Positions 1-9,181 are shown, counted from the first letter of the stretch. The stretch: 59,757 nt of DNA from a virus (IMGVR_UViG_3300033143_004977:1-59757); one strand, 5' to 3'. Notes: generated from the sequence alone by a model not told the origin. Made by a program: numbers and translations.

Positions 1-2
1 TT

Positions 3-221
3 TATGATGATGGTGTATTTTATAGTCACCAATCAGATAAAAATGAAAATCCGACAGATATTCCTCAGTATCTATTTGAATTAAGAGATTTTGTCCAAGA
101 GTGTGAAAGAAAAAGAATAAAACAAAACATCGGTCAACTAAGACAATACTTGAATGAAAGAACAAGTGATAAACCAATTACAAATAAAGAGCTTGAAACA
201 TTTTTAATTTCTAACAAATAA
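3..221 (+). CDS. Partial hypothetical protein (5' end outside window)
   Basis: Open frame from the window edge to TAA at 219-221. Confidence 0.5.
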   Translation, partial: YDDGVFYSHQSDKNENPTDIPQYLFELRDFVQECERKRIKQNIGQLRQYLNERTSDKPITNKELETFLISNK

Positions 222-223
222 CT

Positions 224-346
224 ATGACCCAGCACAACCTAGAAATTTTTGTCTCAATAGTAATCATCGCCTCGCTGATAGTGTGGAATGTGTTTCTATT
301 CTACACTTTGGCGAAAGTGATTGATATTTTAATTAGTGTATTATAA
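224..346 (+). CDS. Small membrane protein, 40 aa
   Basis: MTQHNLEIFVSIVIIASLIVWNVFLFYTLAKVIDILISVL; hydrophobic stretch. Confidence 0.45.
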   Translation: MTQHNLEIFVSIVIIASLIVWNVFLFYTLAKVIDILISVL

Positions 347-371
347 AAAAAGAAGTATAATGATACTTCTT
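345..371 (-). terminator. Intrinsic terminator downstream of terL
   Basis: AAGAAGTA/TACTTCTT hairpin with an A-run on its left (U-tract on the minus strand), between convergent genes. Confidence 0.5.
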
Positions 372-407
372 CAAAAATATTTATTTGTAATTCGTATTAT
401 ACGATAA

Positions 408-1886
408 TCACCAACCCGATGGTATTTGAATATTAGTATTAAAAATAGATGTTCCACCTGTCCGAATCTGTCTTCGTAAAATACCTAACGACCCGTCATC
501 ATATGTAAGAATATCTCGACTTCCTAAAAATGCTAACCCACACGACCAGAAGCTGTCTCCATGACCTTGCGTAGAACTGATTGCTTGTAAATCATTTGTT
601 AATGCACATATCTGGCCAATCAATCTATCATCATTTATAATTTCTAATTGTTCTCTTTCAACTAAACGATCGAAACACGTAGCCATTGTTTGTCGTGATT
701 TAGAAGTAAATACAACAGGTATCATTTCGGGGGGTAAAAGACCTTGCTCATCAAATGATTCGAATTCTGCTCGAGTACTATCATAATGCAATGTTTGTAT
801 TTTAAAATTGAGAATAGCTAATTTAAGATATTCTAATTGAGTTGGTATTGCTGGATCAAATTCAGCACCATTTGAATAAGACCATCCATCCATCCATTTC
901 TGGTGCAACATAATCAATTTTCCATTTGTCTCTTCAAAGATTACTAAATGTGAAGGATGTGTTTTCTTGCCAATATCGAATCCTGCTATAACGTGATTTT
1001 CAGTTTTTCGTGGAATATTTACGTCTAAAGACGTTAAATTAGGATTAACAATTTTTTCAATAAGTCTGTCTTTATCAAAGAAACCCTTACTCGAATAAAC
1101 GGGAGTGCATAAATATTCTCTTTTAAAAATACGATCTGTTCTTTCAATTCTCTTTTTTTCTAGTTCTTCTAAATCCATCCATTCAGGCCATAATGCTTTG
1201 CCTTCGTTTGTTATAGCAGGTTGAATTTTAACTTTAAATCTGTTAGTAATATTTTTATCAAAAAAGAAATCTGAATTTGTCTGTGGGGTGCCTGCAACAT
1301 GAAGTATGCCACCATCTGCATGAGGCATATCTAAAATATTTGATTTGAAAATCTCATTAATTTTATAAATAGAAGAAGGATTCAATTCATTGTCAGGATC
1401 CTGAAAAGGGTCATCTACAAATACACAATCGCAATGAATCCCTCGTTTAAATTGTATAAGTCCATGCGGTTTTAATGTGACATAATGTTTTCGATTCCAT
1501 GTATATCTCAATACTGATTCAGCTGTTGGTTTAGAATCAATAATATCTGCAAAAAATGGATTTGCTGAAATAGTTGATTTTATTTTATTAACATGATAAC
1601 TTGCCAGATCGGCATTAAATGAAAAATAATGTGCTTCAATATCAGATGTCGAACCTGTAAACATTAATTTCCACATAAAATACGCGTAGAAAGCGTATGA
1701 TTTAAAATGATTTCTTGCACTAACACGAATAGTTCTGTCATTCCCGCTTAAAAATTTTGTTGTTTCATCGATGTATTTTCCACCTGTAAAATCTTTACTG
1801 CTCTTTGAAAATACATTATTGACAAAATAACAAAAATCGTTTGCAGAATTTTGCAATATTTTAATTTGATTTAAATCAAAACTCAT
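408..1886 (-). CDS. terL: Terminase large subunit
   Basis: ATPase motifs SARNHFKS, VFVDD and AGTP; RNase H-like nuclease motifs AGFDIG and HGDSFWS. Confidence 0.9.
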   Translation of the reverse strand: MSFDLNQIKILQNSANDFCYFVNNVFSKSSKDFTGGKYIDETTKFLSGNDRTIRVSARNHFKSYAFYAYFMWKLMFTGSTSDIEAHYFSFNADLASYHVNKIKSTISANPFFADIIDSKPTAESVLRYTWNRKHYVTLKPHGLIQFKRGIHCDCVFVDDPFQDPDNELNPSSIYKINEIFKSNILDMPHADGGILHVAGTPQTNSDFFFDKNITNRFKVKIQPAITNEGKALWPEWMDLEELEKKRIERTDRIFKREYLCTPVYSSKGFFDKDRLIEKIVNPNLTSLDVNIPRKTENHVIAGFDIGKKTHPSHLVIFEETNGKLIMLHQKWMDGWSYSNGAEFDPAIPTQLEYLKLAILNFKIQTLHYDSTRAEFESFDEQGLLPPEMIPVVFTSKSRQTMATCFDRLVEREQLEIINDDRLIGQICALTNDLQAISSTQGHGDSFWSCGLAFLGSRDILTYDDGSLGILRRQIRTGGTSIFNTNIQIPSGW

Positions 1887-2356
1887 TATTCTTTTTTAGA
1901 AGAATTTTCTTGAAGCAATGCTAACACTTGTCCTGCACTCAAATTATTTTTATCGTTTTCATCATTCGCGTAAATATTTTCTAATTCGTAAATCAATTTC
2001 TCATCATCTCTAATTTCTCGTGTCAATGCAATGATGAAACTATTGTCTCGATATCTTTTTTTCTTAACTTCAGCATTGTATAACACGCGATTATATTTTA
2101 ATCTAACAGAAATAGCATCAATTGCACCTTTGACTAATGATGTAGATGGGAATTGTAATTTATTATCAATCACCCATTTGACTGCTTTTTCAATTTCTTT
2201 TTTTGAACATTTATGATATGTTGAAATTTCAGTCCAATCCCATCGAAGAACGAAATATTTATGATAAATATCTAAATATGTTTCTTGTATAGAAGTCAAT
2301 AATATTTTTTCAACTTTTGCTCCTTTTTGTTTTTTCTTATAAACACCTGATGGCAT
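1886..2356 (-). CDS. Probable terminase small subunit
   Basis: 156 aa helical protein directly upstream of terL, overlapping its start. Confidence 0.6.
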   Translation of the reverse strand: MPSGVYKKKQKGAKVEKILLTSIQETYLDIYHKYFVLRWDWTEISTYHKCSKKEIEKAVKWVIDNKLQFPSTSLVKGAIDAISVRLKYNRVLYNAEVKKKRYRDNSFIIALTREIRDDEKLIYELENIYANDENDKNNLSAGQVLALLQENSSKKE

Positions 2357-2383
2357 ATATTTATTATTAATGATTATAGTACT

Positions 2384-2412
2384 ATTATACTATCAAAACA
2401 CGTCTATGTATA
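2384..2412 (-). promoter_or_regulatory. Sigma70-like promoter for the terminase genes
   Basis: TATACA-17 nt-TATAAT on the minus strand. Confidence 0.5.
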
Positions 2413-3032
2413 TAAAAACGAACCTAAATCAATTACTTATCACTTTTCAATATAATCCAATAATAGTAAGTGTTGTCACAAAATTCGAAGGACGATCGTT
2501 TGACAACAAGACAAAAACATGGTTTGTCCCAAATATTCATGTTATTAAAGTAGTTGATACATTAACACCTCTTGGATTTAAAGCAGACTCTGAAGTGTTA
2601 GAAATATATAATAAACGAATAGAAAAAAACAAAAACATAGAACTCTCTTTAGAAAAAACACCAAACAAAAAAATTCAAGAATTAGATCTTCCTTTGTTTG
2701 ATTTTCAAAAGAAGGGAGTGAGTTTTTTAAATGAAATAGGATCTGGTATACTTGGAGATGAACCTGGACTCGGGAAGACGTTACAGTCTTTAGCTGTTAC
2801 TTTATTAAACAAAAGCCAGAAAAATCTAATAGTCTGTCCTGCATCACTTAAGTTGCAGTGGGAAGAAGAAATTTTCAAATGGGTAAAAGATACAAAAGTA
2901 TACGTTGTGTCGGGCACTAAAAAACAAAGAGATATCATATATAACAAAGCTCTCAAAGAAAAAAAAGTATTTTATTTAATTATCAATTACGAACTCGTCC
3001 TTAGAGATGTTGAAATACTGAAACGATTTTAA
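2406..3032 (+). CDS. SNF2-family helicase, N-terminal half (HARP-like domain plus motifs Q, I, Ia)
   Basis: LFDFQKKGV, GILGDEPGLGKT, LIVCPASL, IINYE; stops just before Walker B. Confidence 0.85.
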   Translation: MYIKTNLNQLLITFQYNPIIVSVVTKFEGRSFDNKTKTWFVPNIHVIKVVDTLTPLGFKADSEVLEIYNKRIEKNKNIELSLEKTPNKKIQELDLPLFDFQKKGVSFLNEIGSGILGDEPGLGKTLQSLAVTLLNKSQKNLIVCPASLKLQWEEEIFKWVKDTKVYVVSGTKKQRDIIYNKALKEKKVFYLIINYELVLRDVEILKRF

Positions 3033-3035
3033 ACC

Positions 3036-3064
3036 TTTACAAACATAGAAAAGTATGGTATAAT
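3036..3064 (+). promoter_or_regulatory. Phage consensus promoter
   Basis: TTTACA-17 nt-TATAAT with extended -10 TG. Confidence 0.8.
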
Positions 3065-3071
3065 ATAAATA

Positions 3072-3233
3072 ATGAATAAAGAACAAAAAACAATTAAATT
3101 AAAAATTCACGCACAGGAAGATAGACTAAACATCATTGCTGCGCTAGCAAATAATGGATATAAAGTTTGGGTCGAAGAAGAAAAAGATAATATTTATAAC
3201 GTAACGTATTTTGTAATTTTTGAATATGAATAA
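3072..3233 (+). CDS. Small hypothetical protein, 53 aa
   Basis: ATG 7 nt after the -10 box; MNKEQKTIKLKIHAQEDRLNIIAALANNGYKVWV. Confidence 0.55.
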   Translation: MNKEQKTIKLKIHAQEDRLNIIAALANNGYKVWVEEEKDNIYNVTYFVIFEYE

Positions 3234-3399
3234 AAAAGAATTAACAATCGTAAAACAAGCATATAAAATTTTACATAAAGAAATCGATCAAAAAAGTTTT
3301 AGATGTAAAGAATACGGAATTGGTTGTTGTCAATGTGCATTTACCAGATTTATGGAAGAATTTAAAAGTATTATTGATTTATATTTAGATGATAAATAA
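3226..3399 (+). CDS. Small Cys-rich hypothetical protein, 57 aa
   Basis: Overlaps the previous stop; CKEYGIGCCQC. Confidence 0.5.
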   Translation: MNKKELTIVKQAYKILHKEIDQKSFRCKEYGIGCCQCAFTRFMEEFKSIIDLYLDDK

Positions 3400-3679
3400 A
3401 AACATGAATAAAAAAATAGAAATTTTAGCAAATGATATACTCGAGAATTCGGGAGTATATCGAAAATATTCTGATATGGATTTAGCAAATGCAATGCTCG
3501 TTTTTGTAGAAGTGTTCATGTCAAAAATATATGATGCTCATAAAAAAGAAATGTCTCAAAAACAACTTGAAGAATTGGCTAAGCAAGCAGGCGAAAAATT
3601 ACGAGAGATAGTTTTATTTTATACAGACGTTGATTTACACAAAGCAGTAAAGAACGAAGCCACTAACATACAAAAATGA
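3389..3679 (+). CDS. Hypothetical protein
   Basis: ORF track; operon-like packing. Confidence 0.6.
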   Translation: MINKNMNKKIEILANDILENSGVYRKYSDMDLANAMLVFVEVFMSKIYDAHKKEMSQKQLEELAKQAGEKLREIVLFYTDVDLHKAVKNEATNIQK

Positions 3680-3724
3680 TAATATTGAACTCAATTAGTT
3701 GTTAATCAATCTTAATAAATAACT

Positions 3725-3928
3725 ATGGAAGAAAAATCAATGAATAAACTTGTAGTAGAGTTTAAACATAAAAAAAGAAAATATGAAATTGATAAACTTT
3801 TAGATTCAAACGATGATAATTTTGGAAAATATGATATTTTTGATGTTACGAATAAAGAAGATTATGTTGGTTATATCAGCGCAAATTCAAACAAAACTGA
3901 AGATTTTTTAATCAAAGAAGCAAAGTGA
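3725..3928 (+). CDS. Hypothetical protein
   Basis: ORF track. Confidence 0.55.
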   Translation: MEEKSMNKLVVEFKHKKRKYEIDKLLDSNDDNFGKYDIFDVTNKEDYVGYISANSNKTEDFLIKEAK

Positions 3929-3964
3929 GAAATTGATAACATTGATTTATCTTAATAAATAAAC

Positions 3965-4195
3965 ATGAAACAATACAATCTAGGAAAAATATCAGATGAA
4001 AAAATTAAAGAAGCAGAAAAGTTAATTCGTCAAAATGGTGGTGTTATATATACTGATAATACATTTATAGTTCAAAAAATAAAAGGAAAATACGGAAGAA
4101 GCACTGATAATGATCTACTTATTAATATTACAGATAAACCATTTTTTCTTGGCTGGGGAACAATTGAAAGTCAATTAGCAAAATTTTTTAGTTAA
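3965..4195 (+). CDS. Hypothetical protein
   Basis: ORF track. Confidence 0.6.
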   Translation: MKQYNLGKISDEKIKEAEKLIRQNGGVIYTDNTFIVQKIKGKYGRSTDNDLLINITDKPFFLGWGTIESQLAKFFS

Positions 4196-4200
4196 ATACT

Positions 4201-4917
4201 ATGTACGATCAAATTCAAGAAGATATTGACAAATATCTAAAAGAAATTAAAAATCATAAGACTGAAAAAATAACATACAAGAAAAAGAAATATCTTGTAG
4301 AATTTGGTTTCGTTGGTCCAATAATAACAAAATGGGGAAAATTTCAACTTCATCCACTGAAAGTAAAGAACGGTAAGTGGGGTAGGCATTATTTTCTTAT
4401 TTATCCAGATTTAAAAACACTTCTAAAACAGAAAGAAATTCAAGTAAGAATAGAAAGTGGTTGTTATTCAGGAATGACATTAGGTGATAATACATGCGAT
4501 TGTCTTGGCCAATTACATAAAGGTCAAAAGTTATGTATTGAAAATGGATCTGGAATTATAATCAACATTCCAAAGCAAGATGGTAGGGGATATAACGAAG
4601 ATTTAAAGATGGCTAATCAGAAGATAATGGATGATTATGATCTAGACACTATCTTAACAGCTATCATGTTCTATGGAGATATTAGCAAGATAGATAAAAG
4701 AACGTATGTCGAAAGTATAATTTTATTAAAGGCACTGGGATTTAACAAGCATAAGATTTCTCTGTTAACGAATAATCCGTTAAAAATTGAAGCATTTAGA
4801 AATTCTGAATTTGAACTTGATAATCATAAATCGATCAAATCTAAAAATCATAATCAAGTTAAGAAACATCTAGACGCAAAGAAGAAATTCTGTAATCATA
4901 ATTTTAATATAAAATGA
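4201..4917 (+). CDS. GTP cyclohydrolase II (RibA)-like protein, divergent
   Basis: VRIESGC..TCDC Zn ligands, QDGRG, DKRTY, LLTNNPLK. Confidence 0.85.
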   Translation: MYDQIQEDIDKYLKEIKNHKTEKITYKKKKYLVEFGFVGPIITKWGKFQLHPLKVKNGKWGRHYFLIYPDLKTLLKQKEIQVRIESGCYSGMTLGDNTCDCLGQLHKGQKLCIENGSGIIINIPKQDGRGYNEDLKMANQKIMDDYDLDTILTAIMFYGDISKIDKRTYVESIILLKALGFNKHKISLLTNNPLKIEAFRNSEFELDNHKSIKSKNHNQVKKHLDAKKKFCNHNFNIK

Positions 4918-5222
4918 AAATAATAAAAGATAAATATTTACAAAAGAGAGGAGGGTCTGCTAAAATACTTAATATTTATTGTCAGAAATGTTTTAATAAA
5001 CTTTTTACATATCAAAAAGACGGTGTTGGACAATTGAAAAGATGTTATATTAATAGAATAACAGACAATATTAAGTTAATAGATAATGCATTATATTGTC
5101 CAAAATGTAAAGAAAGAATAGGATTTGGTATTATTCATACAGATAAAAGACAAACAATTAAACTAATACGAGGTACAATTATAAAAAAGAAATATGAATA
5201 CAGTAATAATCGTCGAAGGTAA
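4914..5222 (+). CDS. Zn-ribbon protein
   Basis: CQKC ... YQKDG ... CPKC. Confidence 0.6.
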   Translation: MKIIKDKYLQKRGGSAKILNIYCQKCFNKLFTYQKDGVGQLKRCYINRITDNIKLIDNALYCPKCKERIGFGIIHTDKRQTIKLIRGTIIKKKYEYSNNRRR

Positions 5223-5817
5223 AGCATGCTCGGGCAAGGAAACTATTGCTAAAAAATTTGCTAACGAAACAGGATATACTTACATAAATGCTGGTTTAAT
5301 TTTTAGAGGAACAATATATGCTGCTACTATTTCAAAGAGTGCTAGTTTGAATCAAGTACAATATATCTGGAAGAATGGAACATCATTCTTTTTACTTAAT
5401 GAAAAAGATATAACAAAAGAACTTTCTGCCTTATTTATTGGAGAATCAACAGCAGAAGTAGCAAGCACTAAAAAAGGTTTCTTGATGTTAACTAAGAATG
5501 TTAAGTTAATCTCAGAGAATTATGATAACATAATAGTAGATGGTATTGGTATGAGATCTATTTTTCCAGAAACTCAACATCGATTCTACTTACATGCTCC
5601 CATAGAAATTAGAGCAAAAAGAAGATTGAAAGATTTATTAAAACAAAATATTAAAACGACATATGAATTAGTCTATAAAGATCTCAAATATAGAGATAAG
5701 TGTGACACGGAAAGAAAATTCTGTCCTTTAGAAATATTAACAAGTCCAAACGTAATTGATACTTCAAAAACAACAATACAAGAATCTGTAAATATTATTA
5801 AACAAATAACAATATGA
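5194..5817 (+). CDS. Cytidylate kinase-like nucleotide kinase
   Basis: P-loop GKACSGKE, YINAGLIFR, YLHAPIEIRAKRR, RDKCD, IDTS. Confidence 0.8.
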   Translation: MNTVIIVEGKACSGKETIAKKFANETGYTYINAGLIFRGTIYAATISKSASLNQVQYIWKNGTSFFLLNEKDITKELSALFIGESTAEVASTKKGFLMLTKNVKLISENYDNIIVDGIGMRSIFPETQHRFYLHAPIEIRAKRRLKDLLKQNIKTTYELVYKDLKYRDKCDTERKFCPLEILTSPNVIDTSKTTIQESVNIIKQITI

Positions 5818-6506
5818 AAATAATTTACGAAATATTATATGGTAGTGATGCATATGGCACTACGATGAATGACAGTGATAATGATATTCGAGGAATAATG
5901 TTACCAACGATTGATGAATGTTTATCAATGAGAGAATTGCATGATGTCAGAAATATGGACGAGAACGAAGATAGAGTAATGTATTCTATTCAAAAATTTT
6001 TTAGATTAGCGATAAAATCAAATCCTTCTGTTTTCGAATGGTTATTCGTGCCAAATGAATGCATAAAAATAATGGAAGAGTCTGGTAAAATAATTAGACA
6101 TAATAGACTAATGTTTTTAAGCAAAGAAATATATCCAAGATTTAAAGGATTCGCAGAATCAGAATTTCATAAACTTACAAAACTTACTGGAAAAACAGGA
6201 GAAAAAAGAAAAAAACAAATATTAAAATATGGATATTCTTTTAAAAATGCAATGAACTGCATTAGAATATTAGAGCAAGGCGTAGAACTATTGAAAACGG
6301 GACATATTACAATGCCTAGATCAAATGCTGAAGAATTAAAAAATATAAAGAAAGGCGAATTTAGTTATAAAATGATTGTCGGTAGATTTCAAAGATTATT
6401 AGATGAATTAGACGATGCTAAAAAATATTCAAAACTGCCAGATAAACCAAGATTCAAAGACGCTGATAATTTAATGATTAATATTATAAAAGATTTTAAT
6501 AATTAA
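5814..6506 (+). CDS. Pol-beta superfamily nucleotidyltransferase (phage RlaP-like)
   Basis: YGSDAYG...DSDNDIRG motif; KSNPSVFEWLF; C-terminal LPDKP. Confidence 0.8.
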   Translation: MKIIYEILYGSDAYGTTMNDSDNDIRGIMLPTIDECLSMRELHDVRNMDENEDRVMYSIQKFFRLAIKSNPSVFEWLFVPNECIKIMEESGKIIRHNRLMFLSKEIYPRFKGFAESEFHKLTKLTGKTGEKRKKQILKYGYSFKNAMNCIRILEQGVELLKTGHITMPRSNAEELKNIKKGEFSYKMIVGRFQRLLDELDDAKKYSKLPDKPRFKDADNLMINIIKDFNN

Positions 6507-6670
6507 AAATCATGCTTAATTTTTTGAAAAGAAAAAAATACAAGAAGAAAAAGAAAATATTAAGAGTTTTCTCTGGAAAGAATTTGACAAAGAGATATTG
6601 AGATACTCTACTGGAAAATTTCCAGAGTTTTATAAAGAAAAAATTCTAAAAAATAGTTTTAAAAAATAAC

Positions 6671-6774
6671 AAAAGAGGTGCTTCGGTCTGGTACAGCGTT
6701 GCTTTTTTACGTTTCATAGGTATCCGAAGCTAAGTGATCTGAAGGTACCAATAGATCGATCAGCCTCTTTTTTT
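6671..6774 (+). ncRNA. Structured RNA or terminator-like element at the cassette 3' end
   Basis: Stems AAAAGAGG/CCTCTTTT, GCTTCGG/CCGAAGC, GATCT/AGATC; cross pairing TGGTAC/GTACCA; U-run. Confidence 0.55.
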
Positions 6775-6785
6775 AGATAAAAAGT

Positions 6786-7814
6786 ATGTTTGATACGATA
6801 ATTTGTGATGAGGCGACTCGCGTGAGTAACCCAAAAGCAAAACAATCTAAGCTAATCAAAACTATATCTAGCAAACATAAATATTGTTTAACGGGTACAC
6901 CGTTAAGTAATTCTATTCAAGACATTTGGAATTTACTTGATTTTTGTCAACCTGGTTTGCTTGGTAATTATTGGAAATTCACAGAAACCTACTGCGTCAA
7001 AGATCATTTTGGTGGGATCGTTGGATATAAAAATTTAAATAAATTGAAAGAAACACTTACGCATTATATGATTCGCAGATTGAAATCAGAAGTACTGACT
7101 GAACTTCCTGATAAAACGTATGAAAATATATATATTGAATTTACGTCTGCTGAAAGAAAGATATATAATTCTATACGTAAAGAAATAACAGAAGATTTAA
7201 AAAATCATAACATTGATAGTAAATATTTAAATAACGTTCTGGTTAAAATGATTCGACTAAAACAAACTACTTCAAGTTTAGAGTTGATTAGTGATATAAC
7301 AACATCGTCAAAGATAGTTGTCTTAAAAGAATTATTAACAGATATTCTTCACGAAAATAAAAAAGCAATTATTTTTACACAGTTTGCACGTATGGCAAAA
7401 ATATTACAACGTGAATTAGCTCAATATAAACCGTTGTTGTTGATTGGTGAAACATCTACAGAACAACGACAACACAATGTGCATGCTTTTACAAATAATG
7501 ATAGTCATCAATTAATAATTATAACCAGTGCAGGCGAGTTTGGAATAAATTTACAACGCGCTTCTCTTATTATCCACTACGATTTACCATGGAGTATCGC
7601 GAAAATAGAACAACGTGAAGGAAGATGTCATCGGATAGGGCAACATGAAAATGTCACAATTTTTAATTTATTAATGTCAAAAACAATAGATGAGTATGTG
7701 TTAAAAGTTTTACATAAAAAACAACAAATATCACGAGATCTATTAGGAGATAAAGAAAAAATCAAAAAAGTTAAAATTTCAAGACGCGATGTTAAACAAA
7801 TGCTAGGCATGTAA
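6786..7814 (+). CDS. SNF2-family helicase, C-terminal half (motif II onward plus HELICc)
   Basis: IICDEA, LTGTPLSN, MIRRLK, IIFTQF, GEFGINLQ, QREGRCHRIGQ. Confidence 0.9.
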   Translation: MFDTIICDEATRVSNPKAKQSKLIKTISSKHKYCLTGTPLSNSIQDIWNLLDFCQPGLLGNYWKFTETYCVKDHFGGIVGYKNLNKLKETLTHYMIRRLKSEVLTELPDKTYENIYIEFTSAERKIYNSIRKEITEDLKNHNIDSKYLNNVLVKMIRLKQTTSSLELISDITTSSKIVVLKELLTDILHENKKAIIFTQFARMAKILQRELAQYKPLLLIGETSTEQRQHNVHAFTNNDSHQLIIITSAGEFGINLQRASLIIHYDLPWSIAKIEQREGRCHRIGQHENVTIFNLLMSKTIDEYVLKVLHKKQQISRDLLGDKEKIKKVKISRRDVKQMLGM

Positions 7815-7816
7815 CA

Positions 7817-7845
7817 TTTACATAGTTAATAAAATATGTTATTAT
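7817..7845 (+). promoter_or_regulatory. Phage promoter (variant)
   Basis: TTTACA-17 nt-TATTAT. Confidence 0.5.
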
Positions 7846-7881
7846 ATATTTATAACATAAATATATGAAAAGTTATTTAAC

Positions 7882-8427
7882 ATGGACGAATACGAAAAAG
7901 TTAAACGTTTGTTAGATTGTATTTATTACGATTATTGCAATGAACGATACGCTGAAGCAATTCTTCAACTTGAAGAAGTGTGCAAAATTTTTATTCATAA
8001 ATATAATAAGAAAGGGGAAAACGCGACAATGACAAAAATAATTAGTTCAAAAATGAAAGAGAGCGCAATTGGTTATTATATAATTGCTAACGATCTATTG
8101 AACAATCCTATCCAATTGTATATTACTTCAATTGAACAAAAAGAAAGTATGTATAATGATGGTAAAGGAAAATTAAAGAATTTTATTTATTTTAAAGACA
8201 TAAATGGAAACGAAAAGTTAGCAACTGTCGGATTACAATCACCATTATTTAAAGAATTAACTAAGATAGATCCTGACCAGGGTGATTTGCTTGAAATTTG
8301 GACAGAAAGAGTAGAAAATAGTGATTTTTTAGATTGGAAAGTCAAAATCATTACGAAAGTTGAAGAAATTGATAGTGACACACCACAACAAAAAACAGGA
8401 TTGACTATTGATAATATTCCATTTTAG
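7882..8427 (+). CDS. Hypothetical protein; possibly SSB-like from the internal ATG at 8029
   Basis: Beta-rich C-terminal part ending DNIPF, like an SSB tail. Confidence 0.45.
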   Translation: MDEYEKVKRLLDCIYYDYCNERYAEAILQLEEVCKIFIHKYNKKGENATMTKIISSKMKESAIGYYIIANDLLNNPIQLYITSIEQKESMYNDGKGKLKNFIYFKDINGNEKLATVGLQSPLFKELTKIDPDQGDLLEIWTERVENSDFLDWKVKIITKVEEIDSDTPQQKTGLTIDNIPF

Positions 8428-8438
8428 ATGGTTAAACA

Positions 8439-8467
8439 TTTACAAAGTTAAAAAAGTATAGTACAAT
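8439..8467 (+). promoter_or_regulatory. Phage promoter (variant)
   Basis: TTTACA-17 nt-TACAAT, 6 nt before the ATG. Confidence 0.6.
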
Positions 8468-8473
8468 ATAACT

Positions 8474-8668
8474 ATGGTCGATAAACGAAAAAATAAAAAA
8501 ACGAAGGAAGAAATTGAAAAATTAAATGAATGGCGAAAAGATAAAGAAAAAGTAGCTCTAGCCAACAAAAGAATGGCAAAATCAAAAGTGTTGTATCATC
8601 TTAAAAATCTTGAAAAACGAAATAAACTACCACCTAAATCTAAACCGCATATAATAATTATAGAATAG
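8474..8668 (+). CDS. Small basic hypothetical protein
   Basis: ORF directly after the promoter. Confidence 0.5.
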   Translation: MVDKRKNKKTKEEIEKLNEWRKDKEKVALANKRMAKSKVLYHLKNLEKRNKLPPKSKPHIIIIE

Positions 8669-8793
8669 TAATAAATTAATTCATTCATAATAATCAAGTG
8701 AATATTCTAAAAATTTATTTTGCCAGGGCAGTTGTCGCATTAGCGAAATGTTGAAGCAGGAATTACAATTTATTTTTTAATTTTGTAAATCAA

Positions 8794-9012
8794 ATGGAAA
8801 AAGAACTTATGTCTGCCAGAGATGTCTGGTTGAGTAAAAAAATTCATTGGATCACAACTTACAAAATTGTGCTAAAATACATCAGTGAAGACTATGCTGA
8901 CATATTGAAGCCGATTATAAAAGGTCATAAATCAGGAAAACGTTATTTTGTGAAACGAGAAAATCTTGATAAGTTTATTGCAATGTTTGAAGCAAATGAA
9001 CTTGATAAATAG
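8794..9012 (+). CDS. Excisionase/MerR-like small DNA-binding protein
   Basis: LMSARDV ... GKRYFVKRENLDKFI pattern. Confidence 0.5.
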   Translation: MEKELMSARDVWLSKKIHWITTYKIVLKYISEDYADILKPIIKGHKSGKRYFVKRENLDKFIAMFEANELDK

Positions 9013-9152
9013 CCAGGAGAGGCCCAAAAATTCTCAAGAGGTGGTTTATATCAACTTTGCAGTTTAAAGCCCTCTCCTTTTACGAAAAGATGGTAGAAAC
9101 CACCTTTTGAGTTGATTTTGTTTGATAGAATTGTCGATAATTTTGTGAAATG

Positions 9153-9181
9153 TGTACAAAGTTAAAAATATGTGTTAATAT
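9153..9181 (+). promoter_or_regulatory. Phage promoter (variant) upstream of the rep leader
   Basis: TGTACA-17 nt-TAATAT; spacer similar to the other copies. Confidence 0.45.

Larger units (their letters stand above)
3030..6785 (+). mobile_element. About 3.75 kb gene cassette interrupting the SNF2 helicase gene
   Basis: Flanks are consecutive parts of one helicase (LKRF | MFDTIICDEA); begins with a promoter and ends with a stem plus U-tract; no integrase or transposase. Confidence 0.7.

Noticed and set aside
4201-4917. Riboflavin biosynthesis auxiliary gene (ribA)
   Set aside because: Active-site substitutions and no other rib genes; symbol withheld
6671-6774. Hammerhead ribozyme on the minus strand (CTGATCGA ... 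GAAAC)
   Set aside because: Core spacing and stem order do not fit CUGANGA-stem II-GAAA
3030-6785. Canonical group I or group II intron call for the SNF2 insert
   Set aside because: No recognisable P7 or domain V core; kept only as an open hypothesis
3049-6788. AAAAGTATG direct repeat at both insert ends as an att site or target duplication
   Set aside because: The left copy is part of the common promoter spacer, and recombination there would keep the TAA stop
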